From NCBI GenBank assembly GCA_001643675.2, contig LSRY02000040.1, positions 682,001 through 746,000 of the forward strand: DNA of 64,000 nt. The letters run 5' to 3'. The translations under genes and the position numbers were made by a program. Shown in pieces: positions 50,720 through 63,056 of the stretch (positions are counted from its first letter, which is position 1; every line of letters starts with the position of its first letter). Source of the DNA: Monocercomonoides exilis PA203. Lineage: Eukaryota; Protista; Preaxostyla. The notes beneath the pieces were generated by a model, which saw only the letters and a program-made list of their open reading frames with translations, was not told where the DNA came from and made no database searches.

Positions 50720-51350
50720 TGAAGTGGAGCAGCAACAAAAGAAAAAAGAAGGAAAAAGAAGAAGTCAGCTGCTCTTATTTTGAGAAGATCATTTCAATGA
50801 AAGTGTTTTGAGAATGGAACGAAGGAATGCTCAAACGAAGAAGGAAGAATTTCATATGATAATTGAGGGAAGGAAGAGAATCATCAGAAGACATTCTTTT
50901 CTGACAAAAAACAAGTGAAATGATTGGGAGAGCTTTTGATGCTGATTGGAAGAATGGACAGCAAGGAGAATAAAAGGGAAAAAGAATTCATTTATGATTG
51001 ACTTCTTCAGAGAATATTTTCGTGAATCACATTGTCGCATTTCTTCTCCTTCTTCAAATACGTTGCTGCATAATTCTGTTATTTCAACATTTTCAACTTG
51101 TTTCTTCAACAAACATTTCTTTCTTCATTTCTTTTGTGTTCATCTCAACAATCACCATTTCATTCTTCTCCTTCGCCTTCTTTTGTTCATTGAAAATGCA
51201 GTTTGGAAGAGAATAAGCAAAGGAGACCAGAGGCTTCAAGAGGCAAAAACTGAACAATTGAATACAAAGCTCAAAATGAATCCTGTCGATGAAGATGGAG
51301 GGCAATAATCAATTCAACGAAGATTCTTGATGGAACAAATTGAAAAGAAA
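50720..51350 (-). pseudogene. Decayed gene fragment similar to 60950-61200
   Basis: TCTTTTGTGTTCATCTCAACAATCACCATTTCATTC (~51130) resembles TCTTTGTTCCATCCAAAACAACCATCTCCATTC (~61080). Confidence 0.3.
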
Positions 51351-51361
51351 AGAAATTCTAC

Positions 51362-51407
<46 letters not shown>

Positions 51408-52091
51408 AGATATTGATGAACAGTGTTATTTTCATTCACTTTGATTATTGACAGCTCATGAAAAACATGTTTTGAAGTCTGGAAAAAGAAAAAACTATTT
51501 GTTCAATGGGAATTATTTAACATTCAATTATTTTTTGAATTGTTCATCAAGTTGTGATGGGTCGAAAACATGAATATCAATTTGACATAATAATATCATT
51601 CTATTTACAAAAACGTTTCGATAAATTTGATAGAAATTTTGAGTTGTGAAAAAGAATGACTCATTTTCAAAAAACAAGGAATAGATAACAATTTTCATTG
51701 AAGCTATTATGCTTCGATGAACAATTATTACAAACTATTTTTTCCTTTCTTTCAACTTTTGTCAAATTTTCAAGAAAAAAACACTTTTCTTTTTGTAAAA
51801 AATCAGTCAACGCAATTTAAACTGACTCATCAAAGTGCGAAAGGTGCTATTCAAGTGTTAGCAAATCCAGTGCTAAATTCTTTTTGTCCCCTTCATTTTT
51901 TCATATTTATTATAATTATTTTTTCAATCAAAGTTTTGCAATTTTTATAAAAATCATTTGAATGCGATTATTTGCGAAATATCACTGCAAACAACAATAT
52001 TCGTTTGCAATAAAAACATTTATTTCATAAATAATAAAATTTCCAACAGAAATTCCAGAAAAAATATTCTAATAAATTCACATTTCCTGAT

Positions 52092-55000
52092 TTAATGAGC
52101 AGAAGAAGATATTCGCTTGATGAATGCAGAGGCGTAAGAAGTGACGGGATGTGGGTTCTGCATGCGAACAGGAATGGAAGGAGGAGAAGTCATATACGAA
52201 CTTTGGGAAGAGTAAGTACTCGACAAACAATTCAGCGAATCTTCTTTTAAAACAGAGTGAGATTGTCTGAGACGGAGAGAATTTGGAGGAGGTGTTATAT
52301 TTTCTGATGTCAAACATGAATTTCGCATTCTTTGCGGAGAAACAAGAGCAGAGGCCGAGGCAAAAGAAGAACGCGAAGAAGAAAGCCGAGAACTCAAAGA
52401 TGCATTCAATATGCTGTCAATTGCTTGACGATCATTTGCTTTCCCAATTGTTTCTGTTGTCAAATTGCTTTTCTTCTCCAACATTTCTCTCAACGAACCC
52501 AGCTGCCTTATCTTCTTTGGCACAAATTTTCTGAAACTCGATTTTGTTCGATTGGCATTTTCGCTTGTTTTTTCGGCTTCGTTGGGCTTTTGAACATCTT
52601 TTGCAATTTTGGGAGAAAGAGCTTTTCTTTGTTTGTTTTGGTTTTTTTCAGCATCAACTGGATGCAAATGAACATTCATTTCTTTTCTCGCATTTGATTC
52701 TGTTTGAGAAGGAGCAGAAAGATGGATAAACTTCTTGTCTGCAGCCGAAAGTGCTGTTTTCTTTGGAGTTGCTGTTGATTTATGTTGCTTTGAAGTCTGC
52801 TTTGTCATCTTTTTCTCCTCTTTCAATTCCTTCTTCAATGATTCTGCTTCTGCCTCCGAAACATGCTCCGATGGGTAAACATTATTTAACATTTCGTTTT
52901 CTTTTCCTTTTTTTGCAAAACTTCTTTTCGCTTCTTCTTTTTCTGCTTCAGAATCTTTCTGTTTCGCATCTTTTTCTTCTTCAGCAACTGATTCTTGTCT
53001 GCTCAAGAAATCTATTTCTTTTCTTTCGTCTTCTTTTTCATTCGTCTTTCCTATGCCACCTTCAAAAGAATCTGATGTAATTTTCTCATTCTCTTTCTTC
53101 ACTTGCTCCTTTTCCTTCTCTTTTTCATTATCCTTCTCTTTTTCTTTTTCTGTCTTCTTCTCTTTCTGAAAGAACACCGAAAACATTGCTGGCTTCTGCT
53201 TCAATTGCCTGCTGGCCGGATTGGCTGAACAGTTCCACCTTGGCTTGTTTTCGGTTGTTTCTTTCTGTTTAATTTGTGATTTTTGCTCATTTTGCGCTGA
53301 TTTTGCTCTGTTTTTTGGTTGAATTCTCGATGGAGCAGTTGCCAATGCCACAGACGATGATGCCTTTGTTGATTGCTTTCTTTGCGATACTTTTGGCTTT
53401 GATTGGATTTTGGTCCGTTTATCATTCAGCTTTTGTGATGATTTTGCTGATTGCAGAGAAGAAGAAACTGAAGAAGAAGAAGAAGAAGTTGATGATGTTG
53501 AAGGATTTCTGGCTTTATCAGAATTGTTTGATTTCGCTTGTTCGAAAATCTTTGAGGAAGGCGAGAGACGAGTTGAATTAACTTTGACTTGGCCATTTGA
53601 ACGCATTGAATGAATGCTCAAATTTTGTTTGGCTTTTGCTGCTTTTGCATTCTCTTCCTTTCTTATCTCATTCTTCAGCCCGTTGGTGTTGCTTTTCTTT
53701 CTTTTTTTCTGGACCAAAGATGTTTTCCTATCCAAACTCTTCATATCCTCCATATCCTCCTTCCCTTTCCCCTCTTTCTCTTTCTCTTTCTCTTTCGTTT
53801 TCTCTTCCTCCCTTTCCTTTTCCTCCTCATTCTTCCTCTTCCTCCTCCTCTTCTTCCTTTCCATCGACTCTTTCACAGAAAGCGAAAAAGAGGTCGAATC
53901 ATCCAGCGAATCATCCAGCGAACTGAATGAGGCTGATGTGTTTGTCCAGAAGAGGTCTGTTGCTTGTTCTCTTTCTCCTTCTCCTTCCCTCTCTGAAAGT
54001 TCCAATTCATCTTCTGCTTTAACTTTTTCATCTTCTTCTCTTTCTTCTTCTTCTTCTTCTGCTTCTTCCTCACATTCCTCAACCTCTTCCTCTTCTTTGC
54101 TGCTTATTGTTCTCTTTTCCTGTGTTAACAAATCCTTTCTGTCTGCTTCCTCTTCAAGTATTTCTGATTCATTGCACGCTTCCCACGCTTCTTCTCCTTC
54201 TTCCTCGTCTTCAAAAAGAAACCGATCATTTTCCTTCAGATGTGATTCTTCAATATCTTTGTCCTCTTTTCTTTCCTCCTTTGAATCGTCTGCCTTTATC
54301 TCACCCTTTTCTTCTTCGAATTTTTCTTCTTCTTCCTCTTCCTCCTCTTCCTCGTCTTCTTCCTCTTCCTCTTCCTCTTCCTCTTCCTCTCCGTCCACTT
54401 CATCTGAAACTTCATCATCCATTTCAGCTTCTCCGTCGTTTTTGAATTCATTTTGCTGCTCAAAAATAGATCTTCTATTGCTCTTATTCAATATCCCTTG
54501 ATGATGACTGCAGATTTCATCGGCATTTCCATCAAATTCTTCTTTTTCCTCCTTCTCTCCGTCCTCCTCCTCTTCATTATCTCCTTCTTCTCTTCCTCCT
54601 TTTCCCCCTCCTCTTTCATCAATTTCTGTCATTTCTTCTTCATTTCTTGCTTTTGAGTCAACGTTATTCGTATTAATGTATTCAATCTTCATTTCTTCTT
54701 CTTCTCTTTCTTCTCTAACATCACTCAAGTTGCTTTCACTGTCACTAACATCCATTATTGATTTTTCTTCTTTTTCTTCTTCTTCTTTTTCAATTGAATT
54801 GGTATTTTCATCTCCTTTTCCTTTTGCAATTTTCTCTTTATTCTTTTTATTCTTTTTATTCTCTTTATTTCTTCTCTCTTCTTTTTCTCCTTCTGTTTCT
54901 CTTCGATTCTCCTCTTCTTTCTTTTTCTCCTCTTCTTCGATCTCCTCTTTTCTGTCTGTTTTTCCTTCGATTTCTGAAAATATTTCCTGTTTTCTTTTGT

Positions 55001-56687
55001 TCTCTTCATCGTTGGCTTCTCCTTCATTCTTTTTCTGAGCCTTGCGAATATTCCCAATGAGCTCCTTCATTTTCCTCTCATTTTCTGCTTTTGTCTCCTT
55101 TTGGACATCGTGAGAAAGTCCGTCTTTTGCAGAAATTTCTGAAAATATTCCTTTTTCACTAAATTTCGAGTGTTCCAATAATTTTGTGCGTTTTGGTGTT
55201 TTCATTGCACTTGAATCAAATCCTTCATCATCATCATCATCATCATCTTCTTCTTCTTCTTCTTCTTCTTCAACTTTAATTTCTTTCTCTTCACTCTTCT
55301 TCTTCTCTTTCCTCTGTGTTGCATGCGAGAAAATAAAAATCGGAGAAAGAGGCGAATTTCCGACGCCTGCAGTGAAAAATGAGTGTTTGCGTTCCTCTTC
55401 TTTCTCTGCGACAGATTCTTCGATATCTTCCCTTCCATTTTTTACAGATTTTTCTTCTTCCTCGTCTTCCTCGTCTTCCTCGTATTCTTCCTCTTCCTCT
55501 TCCTCTTCTTTCTCTTCCTCTTTTAAATACTTGAAAGAATTGGTACCAGAATTATTTTGTTTGAATGACGTTGCAGGAGAAGAAGACGGTGAAGAAGAAA
55601 AAGAAGATGGCGAAGAAGAAGAAGCAGAAGCAGAAAGAAAATAAGGAGAAGGCGGTGATGGCGGAGGAGGCAGCTGGGAAAAGGCATCCGAAGAGCAGCT
55701 CTTGTTCAGACGCATGTGAAACGATTGCAGGCGCAATGGAGGAGGTGAAGGAAGGCGTGAAGACTTGGTGTAATAAGTCGAAGAAGGCGAAGAGGGAAGA
55801 GGAGGAAGGATTCCTGAAGGAAAATTGAAGGAAGAAGAAGAAGAAAGAGAAGAAGAAGAGGGAGAAGAAGAGGAAGAAGAAGCATTTGCAGTTGTGGAAA
55901 TTCTATCCTCTTCAGAGTGGCTAAATGAGGAAAGGTTTGATGAATGTGAAGAAAGATGTAGCTTGGCTGTTGCATGAATTACTGGTGAATGAAGAAGGTC
56001 TGTCAACGGCATTGCAGTGTAAAGAGAAGGCGCTTGAAGCTTCGAATGGCTTTTGGTATTTGATGATTGATTTTCACTTTGAAACAATTCTAAACTCTTA
56101 TTTTGAATTTTTGATTCAGAAATCTTGACATCGCATTGTTGGGCTGAATCAATCGAAGACGATTCGAAAAAAGATTCTCTGTGAAACATTTCAAAGCTCG
56201 AATATGGAGGTTTTTGTGCAGGGCGAGTCGGTGTGGAAATTCCCATGTCACGACTCTTTTTCAAGATAGAATGTATCTTTCTAATCAAATTAAGCGTTGA
56301 TTTTCCTTTTCCACATGAAGGTTGGCAAGGCCAAAGACTGTCATTTTTTTGTATGCACTCTTCGTCACGCTTTTTTCGTTGGCTCTCTTTCGAAGAAGTC
56401 GAAAAATTGTTTCCTTGTTTATTTTTGTCTTCATATCTCTTTAAATAGCAAATAAAATTTGTTAAAGGGCAATTTGTTGCAATGCAGAAGCAAGGACTTT
56501 CTGTTGAACCTGCGTTTGAAGTCTCACTTTTCAATTCAAACGAATTTGAACGCAATTTTGCATATTCAAAAGATTCATTAAGTTGCTCTGTACGATTTTT
56601 TTGAAATGAAAGGAGATCCGCAATTTTCCCATGCAAGTCATTTTTCAATTTGTCGAAGGTCAAAGAACATTGATCTTCATCGAACAA
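52092..56687 (-). CDS. Large intrinsically disordered hypothetical protein rich in Glu/Lys/Ser
   Basis: Uninterrupted 1531-codon ORF with no recognisable domain. The true start probably lies slightly upstream, across an intron. Confidence 0.75.
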   Translation of the reverse strand: MFDEDQCSLTFDKLKNDLHGKIADLLSFQKNRTEQLNESFEYAKLRSNSFELKSETSNAGSTESPCFCIATNCPLTNFICYLKRYEDKNKQGNNFSTSSKESQRKKRDEECIQKNDSLWPCQPSCGKGKSTLNLIRKIHSILKKSRDMGISTPTRPAQKPPYSSFEMFHRESFFESSSIDSAQQCDVKISESKIQNKSLELFQSENQSSNTKSHSKLQAPSLYTAMPLTDLLHSPVIHATAKLHLSSHSSNLSSFSHSEEDRISTTANASSSSSSPSSSSLSSSSSFNFPSGILPPLPSSPSSTYYTKSSRLPSPPPLRLQSFHMRLNKSCSSDAFSQLPPPPSPPSPYFLSASASSSSPSSFSSSPSSSPATSFKQNNSGTNSFKYLKEEEKEEEEEEEEYEEDEEDEEEEKSVKNGREDIEESVAEKEEERKHSFFTAGVGNSPLSPIFIFSHATQRKEKKKSEEKEIKVEEEEEEEEDDDDDDDEGFDSSAMKTPKRTKLLEHSKFSEKGIFSEISAKDGLSHDVQKETKAENERKMKELIGNIRKAQKKNEGEANDEENKRKQEIFSEIEGKTDRKEEIEEEEKKKEEENRRETEGEKEERRNKENKKNKKNKEKIAKGKGDENTNSIEKEEEEKEEKSIMDVSDSESNLSDVREEREEEEMKIEYINTNNVDSKARNEEEMTEIDERGGGKGGREEGDNEEEEDGEKEEKEEFDGNADEICSHHQGILNKSNRRSIFEQQNEFKNDGEAEMDDEVSDEVDGEEEEEEEEEEEDEEEEEEEEEEKFEEEKGEIKADDSKEERKEDKDIEESHLKENDRFLFEDEEEGEEAWEACNESEILEEEADRKDLLTQEKRTISSKEEEEVEECEEEAEEEEEEREEDEKVKAEDELELSEREGEGEREQATDLFWTNTSASFSSLDDSLDDSTSFSLSVKESMERKKRRRKRKNEEEKEREEEKTKEKEKEKEGKGKEDMEDMKSLDRKTSLVQKKRKKSNTNGLKNEIRKEENAKAAKAKQNLSIHSMRSNGQVKVNSTRLSPSSKIFEQAKSNNSDKARNPSTSSTSSSSSSVSSSLQSAKSSQKLNDKRTKIQSKPKVSQRKQSTKASSSVALATAPSRIQPKNRAKSAQNEQKSQIKQKETTENKPRWNCSANPASRQLKQKPAMFSVFFQKEKKTEKEKEKDNEKEKEKEQVKKENEKITSDSFEGGIGKTNEKEDERKEIDFLSRQESVAEEEKDAKQKDSEAEKEEAKRSFAKKGKENEMLNNVYPSEHVSEAEAESLKKELKEEKKMTKQTSKQHKSTATPKKTALSAADKKFIHLSAPSQTESNARKEMNVHLHPVDAEKNQNKQRKALSPKIAKDVQKPNEAEKTSENANRTKSSFRKFVPKKIRQLGSLREMLEKKSNLTTETIGKANDRQAIDSILNASLSSRLSSSRSSFASASALVSPQRMRNSCLTSENITPPPNSLRLRQSHSVLKEDSLNCLSSTYSSQSSYMTSPPSIPVRMQNPHPVTSYASAFIKRISSSAH

Positions 56688-56904
56688 TGAAAATTTGTTG
56701 ATAATTTAAAAATTTCCAAACCCTCGCTTCGTGAATTTATTTCATTGCTATAATGGACATATGAAGTCATATAACTTTTTTTAAAATTGTGTCAACTTTA
56801 TTAAACTCAAACTTGTTCAAAATAAAACAAAAAATAAAAATTCAAAAAGAAAAGAAATAAAATACAGCATTATTGATCAGAAAATCGGTTTTTTCTTTTT
56901 TTCA

Positions 56905-57387
56905 ATGTCTCGGAATATAGGAGAGAGTGAAGAAGAAAGAGAAGCATCCATTAAAAAAACAAAAGATTTTTCCAAAACTCTCTGGGGTAGAGTGTGCTGT
57001 TTTGTTTTCATGAAGATGAAAATAAACAATCTTTTTGGATGAAGTATAACTCTGGATTTATTGATGATACCAGTGATTGGAAATCAACTACAAAGGATAC
57101 ATATACAGCAGAGCAATTTACTATTTTGCATGATCCTGATGCTGAAGATCCAACGCATCGCAAGAAGAAAAGTGAAGAAAAGGTGTTTTTGCTGTGTTAA
57201 TTTGTTAAACATAAGTATATTTTGGCTTTGTTCATTTTCGTTTTTCTTAGTCATATATGGAAGCTTCTGTATGCGTTTCATAACGATTTTACAAAGAAAT
57301 ACTTGACATTAATTATTTTATTTAAATCTATAGATACGCCAAAGAAATATGATGAATTTAAAGCCCACTGGAAATGCAAAACAGTAA
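56905..57387 (+). CDS. Small 98-aa protein, 4 exons including an 18-nt micro-exon
   Basis: Exons 56905-56991, 57045-57182, 57251-57268 and 57334-57387 splice in phase 0 via GT-AG introns to give MSRNIGE...DWKSTTKDTY...SYMEASIRQRNMMNLKPTGNAKQ*. Confidence 0.65.
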
Positions 57388-57610
57388 TGTATTACAATTT
57401 TCGTGCTTTCTATTGTTGTTTTAAATGCATTCATTTCACATTTCTTTCTTTCTTTTTTTGGAAAAATGTCAATTTTTTTACAAATTGAAAACAAAACAAT
57501 TCAATGGTTTGCTTTCAATTTTGTGAAATGACAGCTTAAAAAATTAAAATTAAAATAAATATTTATAAATAAATATTTTTGAATTTCAATGCACAATTCG
57601 TTTCATTTCC

Positions 57611-59058
57611 TTAAGCATTCAAGAAATAATCAGAAATAATTATTGACAATTGATTCACGCTATATCTGTTAAGAAAATCAAACATTTCACGAAAACTTTC
57701 GATGAAATCTTCGTATCCTTCTTCTTCCATCTTTTCAAATATCTTCATTTTTGTTGCATTTCTTTTCACTTCAGATTCTTCGTCCTCCTCTTTCAATCTT
57801 TCTGAAATTATCAGAAAGAAAAGCAAGCCATTCCACATAATATCATCATTAATTGTTGGCTGCTGAATCTCCTCCAAAACAGCATCAATAGTTCCGCTTT
57901 TCAAAAAGTTATCAATTTCCACATTTCTCTTTTCTGCTGCACTTCTTAATGAATAAAGGCATTGATGGCTTATGTCTGGGTAATTATCTCTTGATGCTCT
58001 AAGCATCTGAGCAAAGCTATTGATAAGTCCAACAAGTTCTTCGTTCCACAATTTGCAGAAGCAAAAATAATTATCGATAACAAAGAACCATCTCCAAATA
58101 GCAAGAACTTCTTTAGCTTCCCTTTCTCCTTTTCTCTCTTCTTTTCTCTTCCAATCCACATACTTTGACAGATCTTTCAGTTCTTTTGCTTCTTTCGAAA
58201 AATGAAGTTCATTTGTAATCACTTCTTCCAGGGTTCTGTCGTTGTAAAATCTATTCATCAAAAACTGCCAAGCAGATTGATAGGCGAGTCGTGTCAGATT
58301 CTGATGCTCCTGGTGATATTCGATGATTTCTTTGATCTCATTCAAATACAGTTTTTGTTCGATTTCCTTTGCAAAAAAAGAGGAAAATGCAATTTAACAA
58401 TATCAAAATGGGAAAAAGGTTTTCAAACCCAAAATCCAATATTGCCCAAAGCCGGCAACGACATTTCCACTTCCTTCTGAGCTTCATCGGTCTCGTCTTT
58501 CTTCAATGCAACTTTCAGAAGGCAAGGCACAACAATTGAAAGCAATTTTTTTGGAATGCTTACTTCAATCAGCAAAGCATAACATTCACAGATATCTGTA
58601 AGAATTTTTTCGTTTCTTTCTTTCTTCTTCTCATTTTCATCAATCATCATCTCTTTCATTCTTTCGCTCAATAATGAATAATCAATAGATTCTAAGTAAA
58701 TTGTTTTCAGCTCTCTGAAATATCCAACATGCTTCAACAGCAAGATTGCACTTTCCAATGATAATATCTTTTTCTCAATCATTCTGTAGATTTTATCGAA
58801 CAGTTCTTTTGTGAAAATTGATTTGAATTCTATTTCATTCATTTCATCAATTAATCCATTCATCTCTTCGATTTTTTGCATTTGTTCAACTTCTCTGCAA
58901 TCTTCCTGTTCATGGAACAATACTGCAAAGGGTATTCAAAATACAAAAATTATGTTCAGAATGGTTCAATCCAAATAAAATGGCAAACTTGAAAACTGTT
59001 CTGTTCTGGTCATAGTCTGAACTCCTTTTTCACATTTATCAGCATCTGACAAACTCAT
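57611..59058 (-). CDS. Lineage-expanded alpha-helical protein family, copy 2 (intact, 2 introns)
   Basis: Starts MSLSDADKCEKGVQTMTRTEQFS. Intron positions and motifs match copy 1. Stop at 57611. Confidence 0.85.
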
Positions 59059-59569
59059 TCTGCTTGTTATAAAAAATATTCAAAATGATGCGTTAAGCCT
59101 GGTAAATAACAAAATAAAAGATAAATACAGACATTGTTGATAATCTTACAAAATTTTAAGGATTTCAATGCAAACTATTAAATTTTTGCTTTATAAAAAG
59201 AAGGGCAAAACGGAGTGCAAAGAAATCGCAAGGATTGGCTGTATGAAGCAAGAAATGGAAAATTTTTGTTTCTTTTTGATCTAACCAATAGTAATTCAAG
59301 ATGAAGAAATAGATTTCGAATTTCTTTTTTCGTTTTGCAAAGTGAGTTTGATTTTTATTGGTATGAAATTGGGTATGTCAATCACGCAGATATGTTTATT
59401 GTCAAAAAAAAAAAAGAAAAAGAAATGAAGCAATCAAATTTCAAAAAAGAAAATCCTTTTTCTGCAATTGACAAACAATGTTCAGATTGAAAATAATGAA
59501 AACAAATAATTGCATGCTCAATGAATTCTATTTGATAATTTTCTTGTATTTCAATTTTCAGTTTTCATT

Positions 59570-60350
59570 CAAGATGACTCATCAGATTATTGAAAGCGGA
59601 AAAAAAGACCAAAAATCAAAAAGGAATTGTCGATTCAATTCGAAAATCAGTCAAATAGGAGAAGAGTGTGGCAAAATGGTTTTGAAGCGAAATGAGCGAA
59701 TAATGAAAATTATTGAAGTTTCACCTTTAACATCAAGGATATCAGGACAAATGATTGATGGAACAGCTTTATTGAATGAAAATCACCTTTTTCTTTTGTT
59801 TTCATCATATGCTTTGTGAAATCAAAAATCCATATGACTTGGATTGAAAGGAGATCAGATGAGAAATGTTGTGAAGGCAGCTGTTCCATGAGAAGCATTC
59901 ATGAAGCATTTCAATTCAACAACACCTTCAATAGTTTATCAAAAACCCAGAAGAAATGAATCAGAGAGTTCTGCTGCTCAACCAAAAGAATGAAGAGAGC
60001 AAAAGGAAATTTGGATTCATTGTCCGAATTCCTTCCTTTTGCACACAATTTTCTCCTTTTTGAAACAAACCAAAAATTCGTCATTGGACTTCAATGGCGG
60101 ATAAGAATGAATGCACATCCCTTTTTGAATGTATTTTCAACCCTGCCTTTTTTCTCTTTTTCCTCAGCGAACAGCACACTCAGTGAAAGAAGAGACACCT
60201 GTCTCTTCACTCATTTCTCATCTGACACTCTCAGGATGTTTCATCTTCTGCATTGGTCTCTCTGCAAAGAGCATCTCTTGTCAAATCATCATCCTCCTTT
60301 GTGGTTGCTGAATATGCTGAAATGACACAATGAACAACAGAAACTTCAGT
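59570..60350 (+). pseudogene. Decayed gene divergent from copy 2 (possible partner X)
   Basis: Broken plus-strand ORFs. KFVIGLQW resembles FISVGLRF in 43500-44400. Confidence 0.25.
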
Positions 60351-60399
60351 GGTGATTGAACGAAAGTTGAGCAGGCTTTGGGTGAATCAAAAGAAAGAA

Positions 60400-62450
60400 G
60401 TCTTTTTTGATGTGTTTTTTGAATTCTGTTTGAAATGATGATGATTGTCCGAAGAATTTCTCCTCATCATCAATTTCTTTCTTTTTCTTTCTCTCCTTTC
60501 CAGACAATCTTCCTCATCACTTTCTCTTTCTTCGCTTGGATTTCTTGAAACCAATTGACCGATTTGTAATCAGAATTCTGTTGCCTTCCTGATTGGATTC
60601 TTCAAAGAAGGAGAAGAAGGAAAAGGAGAAGGAGAAGAACCTTTCGAAGCAATTGTTGTTGATGAAGAAGGAGAAAAGAAATATGAATTTCATCTGTTTT
60701 CAATGATCGGTTTGAATGAAGAAGAAGAAACAGAAAAGGATTTCCTTTGTCTTTTTTCTTTCTTATTCAAAGTTTGCTTTCAAACAGAAGGATAATATCC
60801 CATTTGAAGATTTTGGAAAGAATAACATTGTTCCCTCAAATTTCAGAGGAAGAAGAGGATATATTGATCATAATCTTTATGCTTTGTTTGATGAAGACGG
60901 TGATGCAAAAGAAGAGGAAGACGTTAATGTTAATGTTGAAGCCTGTGTCAATCTGTCTGAATGAAGTGCAAATATGACATTTTTTTCGAATAAATTTCTT
61001 CATTCATAACATTCTCTTATTTTTCTTCCTTCTTTCTCAGCTCGTTTCTGCCTTCATCTCAGAATTTCTCTCTTTCTCTTTGTTCCATCCAAAACAACCA
61101 TCTCCATTCATTCAACGTCCCGTTTTCTCTTTTCTTCAATTCAAACATTCCGCATTGTTTATCTCATCATCAAATTCATCTTTCCTCTTCCAAATGAGCA
61201 ATCGCACATTCAACATCCAACAACTCATCCATTTTGTGTGCTTTTGAGACATGGTTTTGTTCCATTCCGTTTGAAATATGGTTATCGTCTGTTGACTGAT
61301 CATGACTCATCAATGGCTTCGTTCTGTTGATTTTGCGCTTGCAATCTTTGAGGATGCTCAGATGAAAGGAATGAAGCCGTTTCTTCAAAGGAACAAGAAA
61401 CATCATTGAAGATGATTGTGTGTTATCTGATCGTGTGCAAACTGTTTTGTTTGATGAAGTGCATCAATTACCCAAATTGAACAGAAATGTGGAAGAAGAA
61501 GATGTTTGTCGCAAATAAAATGAAATGAGCCAGATGAACTCTTCAGAGGAAGACGAATGACAAAGGCGAGGAAGAAGTCTCATTGCGAACAAATGGTCTT
61601 TCATTTGACCACGCTGCATAAGGAAAAAGCAATGAGCGAAAGAACTGAAGATGATAAAGAAAAAAAAATGGCTTTCATTCAAGATGGTGAGTTAAAAAAG
61701 GGAGAGTTGCATTGTTGAGTAGGTGCAAATACGAAGCACTTTTTCATAAAAAACGCCCAATCCAATCAATCGAATTGAACAAAAAAGGGAAATGAGAAAC
61801 TTAACTTAACATCAAACATGTTATTTGAATCCCAATAAACAACAAAAAACATGTCAAACTCGCTCCATGTTGCAACATAAAAATATGATAGCGATTGTAT
61901 TCGGCTTTTTTGTGCAACTATTCCCTTTCACGAAGCAATTGTCCTTCCCTTCTGCCAAGATAATAAAAGATATCGTCAATGAATAATTCAAAAAAGAGTG
62001 AGAAAAAATCACATAATCTGCGAAAATGCAACATGAAACGGATTGTCCTTGCGAATGACGCACAACATTGAAAAATGCTGTTGTCTGGAATACTAACAAG
62101 ATTCAAAAGAATTTCTCTTTATTATCAGTTTTGCATTTTAAATGAAAACTCCTCAAAAATACAGACATGCCCTTTCAATCACAAATGCAGAGAATTGTTC
62201 AATCACTGACGCTTTCAATCTCCTTTTGCATTGTTTCCCATTGTTCCTTTCACCATCATCCTTTTTTCCCCTCACAAATATCCTGCTTCAGATATTGTCA
62301 ACAACTTTTTTTACTGAAAAAAAATATCTCTGAATTCAATTCATTCCAAGTGCTATCCAATTGTTTTCATTCTTTATTATCCTTTCAACAAAATGCTGTT
62401 TAATCGAATTTGTTTTCATCCACTGTTCCAAATGAAAACAAATTATATGC
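60400..62450 (-). pseudogene. Decayed gene divergent from copy 3 (partner X)
   Basis: Series of short minus-strand ORFs with patchy DNA similarity to 43500-44400. Confidence 0.35.
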
Positions 62451-63056
62451 ATTTCCCATCTGATGGTCGTTTCTCGCCATCAAACTCGCTTCTCATGTTC
62501 AGCTCAGAAAAATAAAGGAATGAACATTTATGTTGTTAATCAGATTCTTGGGCTCTGAAAAGTCCACAGATGGAGACATCAAAAAAAAGATCAAGAATGG
62601 TGAAAAAATAAAAACATTTTAATATTTTCATTCAACAACCAAATTGCTGCATTTCCTTCAATGATTTTTTTATTAAATCATCTCTCTCAATTCCAAAGTC
62701 AATTCCCAGCCGTCGCTGTCTCGTTCGACCAAGCAAAATAATATCCCACATACCAAAAGATATATTAATAAACAAACTCTCACCTTGGGCAAAAAAATTA
62801 TCATTCGTTTTCAAAGATCATTAATCGATCAAAGAATCCATAACAGCAAACAAACTGAGATTAAGCGTTCTTTTTCTCTGCAATTCCTTTCCAAAAGTGC
62901 TTGCACAAAAAGGGTGGTATGAGGAAAGGCATTTCCCTGATAGTTTTGAAAATATTATATTTGTTATTATTTCTCTGCCTCGATTATTCTTTTCATTTGG
63001 ATTGATAAAAATGTTGATGTTTTCCGAATGATGTGCTTTGCTAAAAGTCGAAGGAA

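Noticed and set aside
51368-51403. Poly-T run as a retrocopy or LINE tail
   Set aside because: I could not identify a target duplication or an adjacent element body.
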